Shown: positions 39,825-49,293, counted from the stretch's first letter. The stretch: 64,000 bases of DNA from Thermoplasmata archaeon (GCA_027306505.1 DAHUZP010000001.1:120932-184931); one strand, 5' to 3'. The notes: a model not told the origin generated them from the letters alone. Translations and numbers: made by a program.

Positions 39825-41195
39825 CTAGCCGGAAGGCTGGTGGGGTCCGGGCGCGGGGCCCCCAGGAGGAGCGGGGTAGCCCCCGTACGCGGCGAACTGT
39901 CCCCGGTGCGGGAAGTCGACCCGGGGCGGGGGCTCGCGGTCGATGGCCGCCCTCGCATCCGGGAGCAGGAGCTGGCTCAAGGGCAGGCAGGTGGCCAGAT
40001 GGTCGTTGCACCCCTTCACGAGGATACCGGCGAGCCGCCGCACGCCGGCATGCGGGTGGCCGAGCAGCCGGACGAGCTCGCTCTTCCTGTTGTAGAGGGA
40101 AGCCCGCTCGAAGTCACGGGACGAGAAGGCGGGCTTGGTCCGGCCCACCATGCGCCAGAACTGCGGGTCGACCCGGTTCAAGGTGAGGAGCAGCGTCAGG
40201 ACGAGGAAGGCGAAGGAGTCCCCTATCGCTCCGCGGTCGGGCTTCTTGGGCCATTTCGCGCGTCCACTGATCACGTCGGGGTGCTGGAACTCGGGCTGCC
40301 CGACGATGGGGGAAGGGGGCAGGTCGACCCCACGGATCCACAGGCTGTCGTAGTCGACGAGGTGGATGTCGTCCTGGCTGTCGATGAACAGGTTGTCGAA
40401 GCTGATGTCGCCGTGGGAGATCCCCAGTTCCTGGAGATGGTCCGCGAGGGAGAGCACGTTCTGGGTGAGGCGGCGGTACCTCCAGTCGCGCTCGGCCGGC
40501 TCCAGGGTGTCGAGCATCCGCATGTGCTCGTCGAGCGAGGTCCCGGAGGCCCGCTCCATCACGAGGGCGGGGAACCACTCGGCCCGCTTCTGGCCGTTCG
40601 CCCCGGTGAACATGATGTGGGCCCCTTGGTGATAGTACCAGGTCCCGACGAAGACCCCCTTGAGCGAGGAGGAGGTCTGCCAGACCCAGCGCGTGATCGC
40701 AGAGTAACGGGCGTCCGCTGCCGGTAGCCACTGGGTGTGGTAGAGCCGAAGGATCATCGGCGTGGGGTTGTTGTGGCCGAAGAGCAACTGGAAGACGATG
40801 GCGTATCGCCCGCAGGAGCGCCAGGGTGGGCGCGAGGGGTGCGGGAAGGTCATGGGCCGGAAACGGACGTCCAACGGGATTGCCCCCCGCAGGGGGGGAG
40901 CGGCCGTGTGGGGGAAATGGGTCAGCGCCTGGACCACCTCGGAGGGGGAGGGCATCTCCCGACCTGGCACCTGGACCGGTCCCTTCCGACGGAAGAGCCC
41001 CCCTCCGAGCCCCCGGCGCTTCTTCGGCGGAGCGGCAGGTCGGGGGCCCGCGGGCCTCACGGCCGCCGGCGGGGGCACCGGTGGCGGACCGGCGGCCGGT
41101 GGCCCGGCCGGAGGGTGCCCGTAGGGTCGTGCGGGCGGACGTTGCGGGGGTCCCCCCGCAGCGGGCTGCCCGGTCGCCTGTTGCCCCGCGGACAT
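39825..41195 (-). CDS. Atypical protein-kinase-like protein with a Pro-rich N-terminus
   Basis: A catalytic-loop-like ISHGDISFDNLFI (HGD...N) is present, and LVDYDSL sits at the DFG position. The first ~70 aa are a Pro/Ala/Gly-rich low-complexity region. Confidence 0.55.
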   Translation of the reverse strand: MSAGQQATGQPAAGGPPQRPPARPYGHPPAGPPAAGPPPVPPPAAVRPAGPRPAAPPKKRRGLGGGLFRRKGPVQVPGREMPSPSEVVQALTHFPHTAAPPLRGAIPLDVRFRPMTFPHPSRPPWRSCGRYAIVFQLLFGHNNPTPMILRLYHTQWLPAADARYSAITRWVWQTSSSLKGVFVGTWYYHQGAHIMFTGANGQKRAEWFPALVMERASGTSLDEHMRMLDTLEPAERDWRYRRLTQNVLSLADHLQELGISHGDISFDNLFIDSQDDIHLVDYDSLWIRGVDLPPSPIVGQPEFQHPDVISGRAKWPKKPDRGAIGDSFAFLVLTLLLTLNRVDPQFWRMVGRTKPAFSSRDFERASLYNRKSELVRLLGHPHAGVRRLAGILVKGCNDHLATCLPLSQLLLPDARAAIDREPPPRVDFPHRGQFAAYGGYPAPPGGPAPGPHQPSG

Positions 41196-41321
41196 GCTTC
41201 TGGTCCCCTGACCCCCCTGAGGCCCTCTCGATAGGAAATCGAACAGGTCTTTGAAGCCTGGGGACGGACGTGCGGCCGTTCCCCCTCAGGGTTCATCCAC
41301 CCCACCCGCCTCCTGGCCCTC

Positions 41322-41963
41322 GTGCCGGCAGGGGTGGTGGTCGCCGCGGGGGCCTCCACGCGCACGGGGGCCCGACCGAAGGCGCTCCTTCCCCACCCGG
41401 AGGGAGGAACCGCGCTGGGCCGGGTCGTGCGGACCCTGGAGGCCGCCCGGTTCTCCCCGATCGTCGTGGTCCTGGGGGCGCACGCCGATCTCCTCCGTCC
41501 TGAGGTCGAGGTGACCTCGGCCCGGATGGTCCTGCATACGGGCTGGGCGCGAGGACGCACCGGCTCCGTGAAGCAAGGCCTCCGGCAGGTTCTCGACCCC
41601 GGGGCCACGGTCCTCCTCTGGCCGGTGGACCACCCCTTCGCCTCGATAGCTACGCTCAGGGCCCTTGCGGCAGCGGCCCCCGGGGGAGAAGGCCCCCCCC
41701 TCCGCTGCTGGGTCGTGCCCGTCCATGAGGGGCGGAGGGGCCACCCGGTCCTCCTGGGAAGGGGAGCGGCGCAGGAGGTCCTCCATCTGGGCGACGACGA
41801 ACCCCTTTTCCGCTACCCCCGCTCCCATCCGCAAGACGTGGTCGAGGTACCGGTGGACGACCCGGGGGTGTTGGAGAACGTGGACACGCTCGAGGCGTTC
41901 GAACGGGCCGCGTACCGACGTCGTAGAGAACTCCCTCGAGACCCGCCTGCGGGAGGTGGCTGA
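41322..41963 (+). CDS. mocA: Molybdenum cofactor cytidylyl/guanylyltransferase (MocA/MobA family)
   Basis: It reads VVAAGASTRTGARPKALL and sits upstream of xdhC and the Mo-enzyme subunit genes. Confidence 0.7.
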   Translation: MPAGVVVAAGASTRTGARPKALLPHPEGGTALGRVVRTLEAARFSPIVVVLGAHADLLRPEVEVTSARMVLHTGWARGRTGSVKQGLRQVLDPGATVLLWPVDHPFASIATLRALAAAAPGGEGPPLRCWVVPVHEGRRGHPVLLGRGAAQEVLHLGDDEPLFRYPRSHPQDVVEVPVDDPGVLENVDTLEAFERAAYRRRRELPRDPPAGGG

Positions 41964-42822
41964 AGTGGACCGACGTGTGCTCCGAGAGGCGCTCCTCCTC
42001 AGCGAGCGGCATGTGCCCTTCGTGCTGGCCACGGTGGTCGACGCCCACGGCTCGGTGCCGGGAAAGAAGGGCACGACGATGCTGGTGAAGGAAGATGGGA
42101 GCCTCGTGGGGACCGTGGGGGGGGCCGGCCTCGAGGAGAAGGTCAGGTTCTTAGCCCGGCAAGCGCTGCGCCAGCGCGAGGGAGGACTGCAACGGTTCGA
42201 TCTCATGGCCTGGAAGCCAGGGGGACTTCCAAGCCTGTGCGGAGGCAGCGTGGACATCTCGCTCCAGTATGTGGCAGCCCGCCCCCACCTCTTGCTCTGG
42301 GGCGGCGGTCACGTCGCCCTCGCGCTCTCCCGGCAGCTCGCGCTCCTGGACTACGACTACTCCGTCGCCGACGATAGGGCCGATTACACCACGACCGAGC
42401 GGTTCCCCTCGGCGAAGCACCGGTGGAGCGTCGCCCCTTCGGAGCTCCTGGGCGCGATCGAGGCGTCGGGGGACCGCTTCAGCCACGCTTATCTTCTCGG
42501 CTACGACGCGAAGAAGGACGAGGAGGTGGCCTTCCGGTTGTTGCCGAGCTTCCCCGGGCACGTGGGGCTCATCGCGAGCCGTACGAAGCGCGAGCTCACG
42601 CTCAAAGCGCTCCGGGCACGCGGGCTCCCCACCGAGGTCGTCTCCCGGTTGCGATGCCCGGTGGGCGTCCCGCTGCGTGCGGAGACCCCCGAGGAGATCG
42701 CGGTGAGTATCGTCGGAGAGGTCATCCAGGACGTCCACCCCGCCCCCGAGCGCGGAACGGCCTCATCCAAGGCGGAGGAGGCCGCCCCGGCCCATGTCGA
42801 AGAAGGTCCCGGTCACGCTTAG
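41956..42822 (+). CDS. xdhC: XdhC/CoxF-family Mo-cofactor insertion chaperone
   Basis: The N-terminal XdhC_CoxI domain reads FVLATVVDAHGSVPGKKGTTMLV, with a Rossmann domain at the C-terminus. The GTG start at 41956 overlaps the mocA stop by 8 nt, and an alternative start cannot be excluded. Confidence 0.7.
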   Translation: MAEVDRRVLREALLLSERHVPFVLATVVDAHGSVPGKKGTTMLVKEDGSLVGTVGGAGLEEKVRFLARQALRQREGGLQRFDLMAWKPGGLPSLCGGSVDISLQYVAARPHLLLWGGGHVALALSRQLALLDYDYSVADDRADYTTTERFPSAKHRWSVAPSELLGAIEASGDRFSHAYLLGYDAKKDEEVAFRLLPSFPGHVGLIASRTKRELTLKALRARGLPTEVVSRLRCPVGVPLRAETPEEIAVSIVGEVIQDVHPAPERGTASSKAEEAAPAHVEEGPGHA

Positions 42823-43282
42823 GGTGAACGGCGAGGAGCACGAGCTCCATCTTCCGCCCCAGCGGGTGCTCCTGGATGTGATCCGGGAGGACCTCAACCT
42901 CACAGGAACCAAGCGAGGATGCGACCTCGGTACGTGCGGCTGCTGCGCGGTGCTGGTCGACGGCCAGCCCGTCCTCTCCTGCCTCGCCCTCGCGAAGCTG
43001 AGCGAGGGCCACGAGGTCACGACCATCGAGGGGATCTCCGCCCCCGGCGCTCTCCATCCGGTCCAGAAGGCCTTCATCGACCTCGGGGCGACCCAGTGCG
43101 GGTTCTGCACCCCGGGGTTCATCGTGACCGCGGTCGCCTTCCTCCGCGACCACCCGAGCGCGACGAGGGAGGAGATCGCTCGGGCCCTCTCGGGGAACCT
43201 GTGCCGATGCACCGGCTACGTGAAGATCCTGGACGCGGTCGCCTCGGCCGCCCGATCGATGGCCCCTTCCGGGGAGGCTTGA
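42794..43282 (+). CDS. Mo-hydroxylase-family small subunit, (2Fe-2S)-binding
   Basis: It has the plant-type C-x4-C-x2-C motif (CDLGTCGCCAV) and a second CxxC...C...C cluster (QCGFCTPG, CRCTGY). Confidence 0.85.
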   Translation: MSKKVPVTLRVNGEEHELHLPPQRVLLDVIREDLNLTGTKRGCDLGTCGCCAVLVDGQPVLSCLALAKLSEGHEVTTIEGISAPGALHPVQKAFIDLGATQCGFCTPGFIVTAVAFLRDHPSATREEIARALSGNLCRCTGYVKILDAVASAARSMAPSGEA

Positions 43283-43285
43283 ACC

Positions 43286-45739
43286 ATGGCGGGTGGCCGG
43301 AGCGAGGGTCGCGCCCGGCGCCTCTCCAGCGATAGCGAGGGAGGACGCGACCTCGTGAAGGAGGTCGAGGAGAGCCGGGCGGCCGCGGGGTACCACTGGA
43401 TCGGGCAGCGGGTGCCCCTCATCGACGCGGCGCTCAAGGTGACCGGCAGGGCGGAGTACACGGACGACCTCAAGCGGCCGGGCATGCTCGTGGGCCGCCT
43501 GCTCAAGTCGACGCAGCCGCACGCGAAGCTCCTCGCGGTGGACGTGGCGGAGGCCCGGCGCCTGCCCGGGGTCGCGGCGGTGCTCACCGGTGAGCGCTAC
43601 CCCACGCCGTTCGGGGTGCTCCCGATGACGCACGACGAGACCGCCCTCGCGCTGGGGAGGGTTCGCTTCCTGGGGGAGCACGTGGCCGCCGTCGCCGCCG
43701 TCGATGAGGAGACGTGCGAGAGGGCCTTCGGGCGGATCCGGGTCGAGTACGAGCCCCTGCCGGTCTACGATGACCCCAAGGTCTCCCGGGAGAGCGTCAA
43801 GGTCCAGATCCACGCCCGGGCCCTTCGCGACACGAACCTCCAGAAGGAGGTCTTCCAGCACTTCGGCGACGTTCCCGGGGAGATCGCCAGGGCCCCGTTC
43901 AAGGTCAAGGTGAGCGGGAAGTACCTCGGAGTGACCCACGGCTTCACCGAGCCCCACTGCACCATCGCCGAGTCCACCCCGGACGGCCGTCTCACCGTCT
44001 GGTCGGCGACCCAGGTCCCGCACTACCTTCACCGCTCGCTCTCCGAAGTGCTGGGGATCCCGATGCACCGCATCCGGGTCGTCAAGCCCGAAGTTGGCGG
44101 AGGGTTCGGGGGCAAGAGCGACCCCTTCCCCCACGAGATCGCCTGCGCCGCGCTCGCGATCGAGACCGGGCGGCCGGTGAAGGTGCTCTTCGACCGTGAG
44201 GATGTCTTCTATCTCAACCATGGGCGGCACCCGACGCTGAACCAGGTGACCATCACGGCGGGCGAGGACGGGGGCTTCCGCGCGATGGACCTCGAGGCCC
44301 TTATCGACGGCGGGGCCTGGAGCTCCTTCGGGACGGTCTCGACCTACTACAACGGCGTCCTCGCGATGGGCCCCTACCGGTTCGACCACTTCCGCTACCA
44401 CGGTTGGCGGGCCTACACCAACCATCCCCCCTCCGGCGCGATGAGGGCCCACGGCGGGACGAACCTTCGCTACACGGTGGAGAGCGCGGTCGACGAGCTT
44501 GCGGTGGAGCTCGGCTGGGACCCCATCGAGCTCCGCCTCCGCAACTTCCTGACCCCGAACTGCAAGACGATCAACGAGTTCCGCATCACCTCCAACTCGG
44601 TGCGCCAGTGCATCCTCGCGGCCCGGGAGCGCTCCGGCTGGGACCGGAAGTTCCGCCAGCTGCCCTACGGGAGGGGGATCGGCGTCGCCTGTGGCTTCTA
44701 CATCTCCGGGTCCAACTCCCCCATCCACTTCACCCCGGTCTTCCCCCAGTGCACCGTGCACCTCAAGGCGGACATGGACGCCGGGATCACCATCCACTGC
44801 GGGGCCGCCGACATCGGCCAGGGCTCGAAGACGGTGCTCGCCCAGGTGGTCGCGGAGGTGCTCGGGATCCGCATGGACCGCTGCCGGGTCGCCCCCGTGG
44901 ACTCCGACACCGCCCCGGTCGACCTCGGGTCCTACTCGAGCCGGGTCACGTTCATGATGGGCAACGCGGCGCGCTCGGCCGCCGAGAACCTGAAGCTCCC
45001 GTTGCTCCAGGCCGCCTCCGAGCTGCTCGGCCACCCCGTCGAGGCGTTGGAGGCCTCCCAGGAGAGGATCCACCTGCGAGGCAGGCCCGAGGTGGGCGTC
45101 CCGTTCGTGCAGGCGCTCCACAAGGCGATCGAGCGCCGGGGAGCGCTCGTGGCCTCAGGGGCCTACTCCACCTCCCCGCTCGGGGGCACCTTCAAGGGAG
45201 CGAAGGCCGGGACCGCACCCGCCTACTCGTTCTCCGCGTACGTCGCTGAGGTCGACGTCGACGTGGAGACGGGCTTCGTCAAGGTGGAGAAGGTGTGGGC
45301 CGCCTTCGACTGCGGTCGTCCCCTCAACCCGCTCTCCGTCGAGGGACAGATCGAGGGCTCCATCCACATGGGGCTGGGACAGCTCCTCTCCGAGGGGCTG
45401 AGCTACCGAGGGGCGCGTCTCATGAACCCCTCGTTCCTGGACTACAAGATCCTCACGCCCCAGCAGATGCCCGAGGTCGAGTGCCTGCTGGTCGGGGAGG
45501 ACGACCCCGAGGGACCCTTCGGGGCGAAGGAGGCCGGGGAGGGCCCCCTCGTCGCGGCCCTTCCCGCGGTCGGGAACGCGATCTACGATGCGATCGGCCT
45601 GCGGTTCCTGGACCTCCCGATCACGCCGGACAAGGTGGTCCGGGCGCTGGAAGGGCAGCAGAAGAAGGGGGGCGGAGTCAAACCCGCGCCTCCCACGCGG
45701 CCCTCATCCGTGGGTCGGGGGACCTCCGGTTCCGCCTAG
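43286..45739 (+). CDS. Mo-hydroxylase-family large subunit (molybdopterin-binding; xanthine dehydrogenase/aldehyde oxidoreductase type)
   Basis: It is 817 aa with a GGGFGGK motif and the active-site region AMRAHGG. The form-I CODH signature AYRCSFR was not seen. Confidence 0.85.
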   Translation: MAGGRSEGRARRLSSDSEGGRDLVKEVEESRAAAGYHWIGQRVPLIDAALKVTGRAEYTDDLKRPGMLVGRLLKSTQPHAKLLAVDVAEARRLPGVAAVLTGERYPTPFGVLPMTHDETALALGRVRFLGEHVAAVAAVDEETCERAFGRIRVEYEPLPVYDDPKVSRESVKVQIHARALRDTNLQKEVFQHFGDVPGEIARAPFKVKVSGKYLGVTHGFTEPHCTIAESTPDGRLTVWSATQVPHYLHRSLSEVLGIPMHRIRVVKPEVGGGFGGKSDPFPHEIACAALAIETGRPVKVLFDREDVFYLNHGRHPTLNQVTITAGEDGGFRAMDLEALIDGGAWSSFGTVSTYYNGVLAMGPYRFDHFRYHGWRAYTNHPPSGAMRAHGGTNLRYTVESAVDELAVELGWDPIELRLRNFLTPNCKTINEFRITSNSVRQCILAARERSGWDRKFRQLPYGRGIGVACGFYISGSNSPIHFTPVFPQCTVHLKADMDAGITIHCGAADIGQGSKTVLAQVVAEVLGIRMDRCRVAPVDSDTAPVDLGSYSSRVTFMMGNAARSAAENLKLPLLQAASELLGHPVEALEASQERIHLRGRPEVGVPFVQALHKAIERRGALVASGAYSTSPLGGTFKGAKAGTAPAYSFSAYVAEVDVDVETGFVKVEKVWAAFDCGRPLNPLSVEGQIEGSIHMGLGQLLSEGLSYRGARLMNPSFLDYKILTPQQMPEVECLLVGEDDPEGPFGAKEAGEGPLVAALPAVGNAIYDAIGLRFLDLPITPDKVVRALEGQQKKGGGVKPAPPTRPSSVGRGTSGSA

Positions 45740-45805
45740 GACGTTCGGGAACAGGGAGCGAAGGTCGGACGCCGAGATAGCGCGGTCGATAGGAGGAAGG
45801 TCAGG

Positions 45806-46789
45806 ATGCATCTCGATGCCTTCGAGCTCCATCAGCCCGCGACGGTGGAGGAGGCCCTGGCGATCGCGAGCGCCCACCCAGGCCGCTTCGATTTCCTCGC
45901 CGGGGGCACGGACCTGCTCCCGAACTACAAGATGCACCTCAACCTGCGGCCCCAGCTCATCTCCCTGGACCGCGTCCAGGAGCTGCGCGCCTTCCGGCCC
46001 GAGCAGGGTTGGATCGGTTCGATGGTCCGGCTCCGAGAGCTGGAGAGCTCGCCGACCCTTCGGGAGCGCCACACGGCGTTGGCACAGGCGGCTTCCGAGG
46101 TCGCGACCCCCCTCGTACGGGCGAGCGGCACGGTGGGCGGGAACCTGCTCGTCGAGACCCGTTGCTTCTTCTTCAACCAGTCCCAGCCCTGGAGGGAAGC
46201 GCTGGGGTTCTGCCTCAAGGCGGACGGCGACCGGTGCCACGTGGTACCGCAGAAGGAGCGTTGCTACGCGACCTTCTCCGGTGACCTCGCTCCCGCGCTG
46301 ATGGTCCTCGGGGCTCGAGTGGAGGTGGCCGGGAGCTCCGGCCGCCGGCGCCTCCCCGTCGCGGAGCTCTACGACCCCAAGGGCGATGGGATCCGCCGCA
46401 CGCTCCTCGCCCCGGGCGAGGTCCTGGTCGGCGTGGAGGTCCCCAAGGGCGATGGACGGGAGCGCTCGAACTACGCGAAGCTGAGGGTACGTCCCTCCTT
46501 CGATTTTCCGGAGCTCGGGGTCGCGGCCGCGCTCACGATGAAGGACGGGAGGGTCGAGCGGCTGGAGATCGCCCTGGGAGGCCTCGAGGCCCGCCCCCGG
46601 CTCATGAGGAAGGAGACCGAGCCCCTGGTGGGAGAGCGTCTCACGGAGGAGAGGGTCCGAACCCTCTCCGAGGAGGTCCGACGGTCCGTGCGGCCGGTCC
46701 ACAACACCTACCTCGCACCGGACTACCGAAGGAAGATGACGGGGGTGTTCGTGCGCAGGGCGCTCCTTGCCCTGCGCCCTTCCACTTGA
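45806..46789 (+). CDS. Mo-hydroxylase-family medium FAD-binding subunit with a 4-Cys insertion (HcrB-like, putative extra [4Fe-4S])
   Basis: The FAD-binding fold (AGGTDLLP) is followed by the insertion C-x15-C-x7-C-x8-C (CFFFNQ..FCLKADGDRCHVVPQKERC), which is absent from CoxM/XdhB-type subunits. Confidence 0.8.
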   Translation: MHLDAFELHQPATVEEALAIASAHPGRFDFLAGGTDLLPNYKMHLNLRPQLISLDRVQELRAFRPEQGWIGSMVRLRELESSPTLRERHTALAQAASEVATPLVRASGTVGGNLLVETRCFFFNQSQPWREALGFCLKADGDRCHVVPQKERCYATFSGDLAPALMVLGARVEVAGSSGRRRLPVAELYDPKGDGIRRTLLAPGEVLVGVEVPKGDGRERSNYAKLRVRPSFDFPELGVAAALTMKDGRVERLEIALGGLEARPRLMRKETEPLVGERLTEERVRTLSEEVRRSVRPVHNTYLAPDYRRKMTGVFVRRALLALRPST

Positions 46790-47274
46790 CGCGAGGGAGC
46801 GGGAAGCGTTCCAGCTCCTCGAGGGCCTCCTCACCCTCCCGACCCGCTGCGCCGAGGGCACCCGACGGCACGGAAGAGGTCGCCTTCGAGCTCATCGAGA
46901 TCGAGAAGCTCCGGCCCCACGAGCAGGTCGAGCTCGAGGTGGTGGACCGGGTGCACGCGGACCTACAGAAGGAGGGACGCATCCGCGAGCCGATCCTGGT
47001 CTCCAAGGAGGAGTTCGTGGTCCTCAACGGGCACCACCGGGTGGCCGCCCTGACCCGACTGAGGGCCCGTCGGGTGCCCGCCTGGGTCGTCCGGTACATG
47101 AGCGAGATGGTCGAGCTCGACCGCTACCCCGGTTCGACCTACCCGGGGTCCGTGACGAAGAAAGAGGTCATCGCGCACGCCCTTTCCGCACGGCTCTTCC
47201 CACCGAAGACGACCCGACACCGCCTGCGCAAGGGCCTGCCGGACCGGCACACCGACCTCAACGACCTGATGTAG
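46786..47274 (+). CDS. ParB/sulfiredoxin-like N-terminal domain protein
   Basis: The motif reads IEKLRPHEQV....VLNGHHRVAALTRL. The ORF overlaps the stop of the FAD-subunit gene. Confidence 0.5.
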   Translation: MTRGSGKRSSSSRASSPSRPAAPRAPDGTEEVAFELIEIEKLRPHEQVELEVVDRVHADLQKEGRIREPILVSKEEFVVLNGHHRVAALTRLRARRVPAWVVRYMSEMVELDRYPGSTYPGSVTKKEVIAHALSARLFPPKTTRHRLRKGLPDRHTDLNDLM

Positions 47275-47395
47275 CCCCCCTCGGCACCATGGAGGGGCCG
47301 ATGTGGGGCTTGCGGGTGAGGCGACCTCCCATGCACCCCCGAGGGCCTCCATCCCCCCAAGGCGGGCCGAGGGAGGACTCACATAGCTCCCGCAT

Positions 47396-48226
47396 GTGAG
47401 GAAGGACCGAGCCGTGACCCCCTCCACCCCGTCCTCACCCGCGGCGGCTCCCGCGCCCGCCGCTGGGGACCCCCAGCGGGCCGCCTCCGGACCGGAGCCC
47501 AGGTTCGCCGTGGTGGTCACGGTCAAGAACGGAAGGAAGTGGATCGAGGAAGCGATCGGCTCGATCGCCCCCGCGCTCAGCCCCGGGGGCGAGCTCGTCG
47601 TCGTGGACGCGGTCTCGACGGACGGGACGACCGAGTACCTTCGGGGCCTCACCGTACAGCTTCCGCTCCGTCTGGTCGTCGAACCCTGCAGCATGGGCAA
47701 GGGACGGGACCGGGGCGTTCGAGCGACCCATGCTCCCGTCGTCGTGACCCAGGCGGATGCGGACGTGCGCTACCGTTCCGAGGCGTTCCGGGAGGGTCTT
47801 CGCACGCTCGACGAGCACCCTCGCGCGGGGCTGGTGCTCGTCATCGGCCGGCACGATCCCGACCCCGATGGGACGAAGCTCTTCGTGTGGCGACGGGAGT
47901 TCTACCTCTCCACGCCCGGGTACCCCGACGCCAACATGGCGGACGACGTGGTCGCCCTGCGCCAGGCGCTGCAGCGGGGGAAGGTCGCCCGCTGCCTCGT
48001 CGATCGCGTGGGGGATGACCTTCGTGTCGCGAGCCGCGCCTATGTCGCGGTCCAGGACCCGTGGAAGAAGGGTCCGGGCTTCCTCCGCCTCTCCCGTCGC
48101 CGTTACACCCAGGGGTGGAACTGGCGGACCTACGTGCGTTTCCTCTGGGCCACCCGACGCACCCTCCCGCGCTTCCTCGCCGGCTTCGCCCTGGCGAGCG
48201 TGGCCCGGCTCGCGCCCGCTCCCTGA
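47396..48226 (+). CDS. GT2-family glycosyltransferase
   Basis: It reads FAVVVTVKNGRKWIEEAIGSI...VVVDAVSTDGT (GT-A, DxD region). Confidence 0.7.
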   Translation: MRKDRAVTPSTPSSPAAAPAPAAGDPQRAASGPEPRFAVVVTVKNGRKWIEEAIGSIAPALSPGGELVVVDAVSTDGTTEYLRGLTVQLPLRLVVEPCSMGKGRDRGVRATHAPVVVTQADADVRYRSEAFREGLRTLDEHPRAGLVLVIGRHDPDPDGTKLFVWRREFYLSTPGYPDANMADDVVALRQALQRGKVARCLVDRVGDDLRVASRAYVAVQDPWKKGPGFLRLSRRRYTQGWNWRTYVRFLWATRRTLPRFLAGFALASVARLAPAP

Positions 48227-49159
48227 TCAGGGAGCGTTCGCGCCGGGGCTCTTCAGGGGTCCGGGCCCCACCGGTGCGTGGGCCCGGCCCCTCTGGAGGA
48301 GCAGGAGCCCTACGAGGATCGCGGCAAAGCCTCCCAACTGGACCCACGCGTACTGTTCCCCCAAGAGGCTCACCCCGAACACGACCGCCGCAGCAGGGCT
48401 GACGAAGCTCACCAGGTTCGCCCGCCCCGGACCGACCCGTCGGTGGAGCTCGAAGTAGATCGCGAACCCCAGCGCCCCCGCGACCCCGGCGAGGTAGACC
48501 AACGCGAGGATGGGCCAGGGCCCTGGGGGAAAGTACGGGTGAGGCTCGAAGACGAGGACGAAGGGGAGGGCGAAAGCTCCACCCGCTAGGAACTCCACCC
48601 CGGCGCCCCAGTACCCTTCCCCGCCCTTCCTCCACTTCCGAAGGAGGACCGACCCCAGAGCGAAGACGAAGGCGGCCCCGAGCACCGACAAGAGCCCGAG
48701 CACGGAGGAGCCCTGCTCATGGAGGAGCTCCGGCTCGAACAGCAAGGCGACTCCGAGGAAGCCTACCCCGAGACCCAGCGCACCTGTCCGCCCGAACGCC
48801 TCGTGCCGCAGAAGGGCGAGGGACAGGACGGCGGTGAGGAGCGGGGAGGCCGCGACCAGCACTCCTGCGAGCCCTCCCGTGATGTACTGCTCCCCCCAGA
48901 AGAGCATCACCTGGTACCCTCCCATCACGAACGCCCCGCCGAGGAGTGCGGAGATGAGCAGTTCGCGCGGTGGAGGGAGGCGCTCCCGCCGGGCCAAGGC
49001 GAACCCTCCCATCAACGCCGAGGCGAGGAGCATCCGGGCCATCACGAAGAAGAAGGGCGTGGCCCCGTCGCTCAGGACGAACCGGATCGCGATGAAGGCC
49101 GAGCCCCAGACGATCCCCAGGAGGACCAGGAGCCCCATATAGGAACGCTCGGAAGTCAC
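48227..49159 (-). CDS. EamA/DMT-superfamily transporter
   Basis: It has about 10 TM helices in two EamA repeats. Confidence 0.7.
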   Translation of the reverse strand: MTSERSYMGLLVLLGIVWGSAFIAIRFVLSDGATPFFFVMARMLLASALMGGFALARRERLPPPRELLISALLGGAFVMGGYQVMLFWGEQYITGGLAGVLVAASPLLTAVLSLALLRHEAFGRTGALGLGVGFLGVALLFEPELLHEQGSSVLGLLSVLGAAFVFALGSVLLRKWRKGGEGYWGAGVEFLAGGAFALPFVLVFEPHPYFPPGPWPILALVYLAGVAGALGFAIYFELHRRVGPGRANLVSFVSPAAAVVFGVSLLGEQYAWVQLGGFAAILVGLLLLQRGRAHAPVGPGPLKSPGANAP

Positions 49160-49293
49160 GGGACCGGACCTAGGACCGGTGAAGGAGAACCGTGGACCTC
49201 ATGAGGTCCATCCCAGGACGACCCGGAGGAACGCGCGGGGGGGGTACGGTGCGGGCCTTGAGGGGGGGAGGGGGCTCCGGACCTCGGGCGCCC

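Noticed and set aside
42722-45121. 799-aa minus-strand ORF opposite the Mo-enzyme small and large subunit genes
   Set aside because: It is antisense to genes with clear cofactor-binding motifs, and its composition indicates a GC artefact.
43286-45739. Mo large subunit as aerobic CO dehydrogenase (CoxL)
   Set aside because: The active-site loop reads AMRAHGG rather than the form-I CODH VAYRCSFR signature, and the FAD subunit carries the HcrB-type Cys insertion. The enzyme is therefore XDH/4-HBCR-like, not CODH.
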